From: Blastocladiella emersonii ATCC 22665
Taxonomy: Eukaryota; Fungi; Blastocladiomycota
NCBI GenBank assembly: GCA_025594325.1
Contig: JANHCV010000003.1
Location: 62,001-126,000 of the forward strand
DNA: 64,000 bases
Reading direction: 5' to 3'
Made by a program: the position numbers and the translations under genes. The notes beneath the pieces were generated by a model. It was not told where the DNA came from. It searched no databases and was given only the letters and a program-made list of their open reading frames with translations. Within the stretch, counting starts at the first letter, position 1. Each line of letters opens with the position of its first letter. Shown here piece by piece: positions 60,709-64,000 of this stretch.

Positions 60709-61486
60709 TCAGTCCCGAGACCGCGAGCGACGCCGCCGACCACTTTCCTCGCCGTCGCGACCACGGCGCCGGCTCGACGGGTCCGAGGCGGCGCGCCGCG
60801 TGTCGGCTGAGCCCAGATGCTGCTGGACCGCGCCCGCGAGCGATCGATGAGCGGGCCGCAACCTCGAAGCGGCCGGAGTCCTGCTGTGTCTGTCGGTACG
60901 CGGGGAACGGTCGATCTCGGTGGGCTGGTCGCGGTCTCGCTCGCGGCTGCGGCCGGGCGCCGGTTCCCGGTCGGCCGGTGCAGGAGAACTCGACGCGGTG
61001 GCGGCGGCGGCGCGCTCGGCCTCGAGGACGGCGGCGTTGTGCGACTCGGTGTGCTTGATCACGTTGCGCAGGAAGCCGACGTTGGGGCGCGTCGTTCTAG
61101 ACGGATCGCGTGTGGGTTAACTCGACACCTCTGTGCCACGCAAGCGGGATGGCGTACTTGCGACCAACGTCCGGGGTGAGCGGCGCGAGTCCCGCGGACG
61201 ACGACGACGCGAGCCCGCGCGCTTGGCGGCGTTTCTCGGCTTCTACACGGGCACAGTGAGCCGATGTCCGAGGCAGGGCGAGGCGGGTACGCGTACCCTC
61301 GGCGACCAGCCTGGCGGCGTACGCGCGCAGCTTGTCGTCGGCGGCGTTCTGGGCGCCGGCGCCGAGCGACGCCCGGATCTAGACAGGCCGCACGCGCATG
61401 GCGTCGTGTGAGCTTCGTGCTGGCGTCGATGCGCCGCCGTTGCGGGGACTGACCAGGCTCTGTATGATTTCATTGCTGTTGGACAT
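60709..61486 (-). CDS. Conserved fungal R/S-rich protein with PNxxFLRNxIxxTxSHN motif, 4 exons
   Basis: Three canonical introns splice cleanly to [11 protein letters not shown]|IRAS...AYAARLVAE|EAEKRR...GRK|[20 protein letters not shown]...RRRSRSRD*. Confidence 0.78.
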
Positions 61487-61668
61487 GGTGCGGGGTGGGG
61501 AGGGCGGAGGGCGCGCGGCGCGGTCGCGAACGTGAGCGGCTGGCGGCTCGAGCCCTGGCTCGAGCCTCCTCGCCGTGGTCGCTGCCAGGGTCATGTCGGC
61601 GAGCCCGAACCCAACCCCTTCCCGCTCCCCTACAACAGCGCGTGCACACGGGTGCCCCACGAAACTCA

Positions 61669-63048
61669 ATGCAATCCACCGCGGGCAAGGCGAAGCAGCG
61701 GCGCCCGAAGCCGCCCACCAAGCCCAAGGGGGCGAGCGCCGCCGCGAGCGCTGCCTCGTCCTCGTCCTCGTCCTCGTCGGCCTCGTCCAAGGCCCCTGCC
61801 GCCGCCGCCGCTTCATCTGGCGCCAAGGCTGCCTCGCCCGCCAGCGCCAAGACGGCCGCTCCTGCTGCCCCCGCGACGCCCACGACCCCCAACGCGCCGG
61901 CCCCCTCCACGACCACCGTCGTCCAAGTCGAGGAAGACGACGAAAACGAGGACGACGACCCCGTCTACGCCGTCGAAGCCGCGCGCGCGCACCGCACGGC
62001 ACGCGGCGGCCGCATCGAGTACCTGATCAAGTGGGTCGGGTACCCCGAGTCGGCCAACTCGTGGGAGCCCCTCGAGAACCTCGAGAGCGCCCTGATTCTG
62101 CACGAGTACTGGGTCGACCGCGCCGCCGAGCGCGAGGCTGAGACCGCGGATCTGCGCAAGCGCGTCGCGGCGCTTGAGCGCGACCTCGAGCGCGAGCGCG
62201 CGGCCAGCGCTGCCGCCGCCGCCGAAGTGGCTGCTGCCGCGGCTGCGGCCTCGGCGGTGTCGGCGGCATCCGCGGCCGCGGTCAGTGATGCCGAGGAACA
62301 GCCGCAGCAGCCTGACGCCGCCGCGCCCAAGCCGCGCAAGAAGAAGCTGACGATGAAGCAGAAGCAGGCGCAGCGCGCTGCTGCTGCTGCTGCTGCTGCC
62401 GCCGCCGAGAGCGTCACAGTCGAGGACGATGGAGAGGACGTCGATGTCGCTGCTCCTCCCGTGCCCGCCGACACCACCACCACCGCGGCCCGCGTTCGCC
62501 CCAGCGTCATCATCCCACCCGCGTCCGCGTCAACCTCGGCCTCAAGCACGCTGCAGCGCACCGAACTGCTGTCGACGCAGATCGCGGCCAAGGTCGGCCG
62601 CCTGCCGCACCAGGACCAGATGCACCTCGCCGTCATCTCGGACGACGACTTCGCCGCGCTCGTCCAGCGCGACCGCGTCGCCGCGCTGTACAAGGAGATC
62701 GTCGAGATGCGCGAGGATCCAGAGGCCGTCATGATCTTCTTCAAGGGCACTGACGGCCTCAAGCACGCGCTCACCATTGACGACGCCGTCGAGCGGTGCC
62801 CCCGCGTCTTCGCCAAGCACCTCGCGGAGCTCGTCACGTTTGACGTGCCGGCCAAGGAAGACGAGGCCGGCGAGGAGGAGCCCACCAGCGGCGCCGAGGT
62901 GGAAGAAGGGGAAGAGGAGGAAGCGACCCCACCACCACCCTCGCCGCCGAAACCCGCCAAGCACAGCCTCACGTCGGGCAAGCCCTCTTCGTCGCAGTCC
63001 GAGCCCGACGACGCGCCCGCGCGAAAGCGGCGCCGCAGCGAGGCCTGA
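61669..63048 (+). CDS. Chromodomain protein with coiled coil and basic/acidic tails (intronless)
   Basis: [35 protein letters not shown], followed by a heptad segment [15 protein letters not shown] and a C-terminal RKRRR putative NLS. Confidence 0.85.
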   Translation: MQSTAGKAKQRRPKPPTKPKGASAAASAASSSSSSSSASSKAPAAAAASSGAKAASPASAKTAAPAAPATPTTPNAPAPSTTTVVQVEEDDENEDDDPVYAVEAARAHRTARGGRIEYLIKWVGYPESANSWEPLENLESALILHEYWVDRAAEREAETADLRKRVAALERDLERERAASAAAAAEVAAAAAAASAVSAASAAAVSDAEEQPQQPDAAAPKPRKKKLTMKQKQAQRAAAAAAAAAAESVTVEDDGEDVDVAAPPVPADTTTTAARVRPSVIIPPASASTSASSTLQRTELLSTQIAAKVGRLPHQDQMHLAVISDDDFAALVQRDRVAALYKEIVEMREDPEAVMIFFKGTDGLKHALTIDDAVERCPRVFAKHLAELVTFDVPAKEDEAGEEEPTSGAEVEEGEEEEATPPPPSPPKPAKHSLTSGKPSSSQSEPDDAPARKRRRSEA

Positions 63049-63112
63049 GCCGTTATCATCGTCTCCAGCAGTTGAATGTATAGAGATATTTATTTGATCC
63101 AACCACCGATCA

Positions 63113-64000
<888 letters not shown>

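Noticed and set aside
61950-62120. Chromodomain as a chromovirus integrase remnant
   Set aside because: It lies in an intact, codon-biased host-like ORF with no retroelement domains.

Overview
GC-rich, intron-containing eukaryotic DNA. Short introns follow GTACGY...CTGAC/CTAAC...YAG. The gene set (GRP94 with HDEL, Chs4/Skt5, Rvs161, Gcn5, HLTF/Rad5-like) and ankyrin-type 'GHVxVLxWW' repeats point to an early-diverging fungus, probably Blastocladiomycota (Allomyces-like); this is inference. The window is a mosaic of strongly GC3-biased housekeeping genes and accessory blocks. The accessory blocks hold tandem and decaying F-box-like/ankyrin genes, a DUF4470 gene, a broken RavA-like AAA+/LRR gene and fragments of housekeeping genes (RPC1, HLTF 3' end, CAP tail). 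Most notable: three paralogs of an unrecognised ~230-aa domain; a 1.4-kb element with perfect 75-bp inverted repeats in an F-box gene promoter; reciprocal inverted gene-end duplications laid out like inversion breakpoints; a strand-biased 11-mer (ACTCCATGCAA) near gene and pseudogene starts; a recurrent MCB/SCB/E-box composite; and a frame-preserving GC-AG intron in the GCN5 bromodomain. No rRNA, complete tRNA or CRISPR array was seen. All assignments come from reading the sequence; no searches were run.
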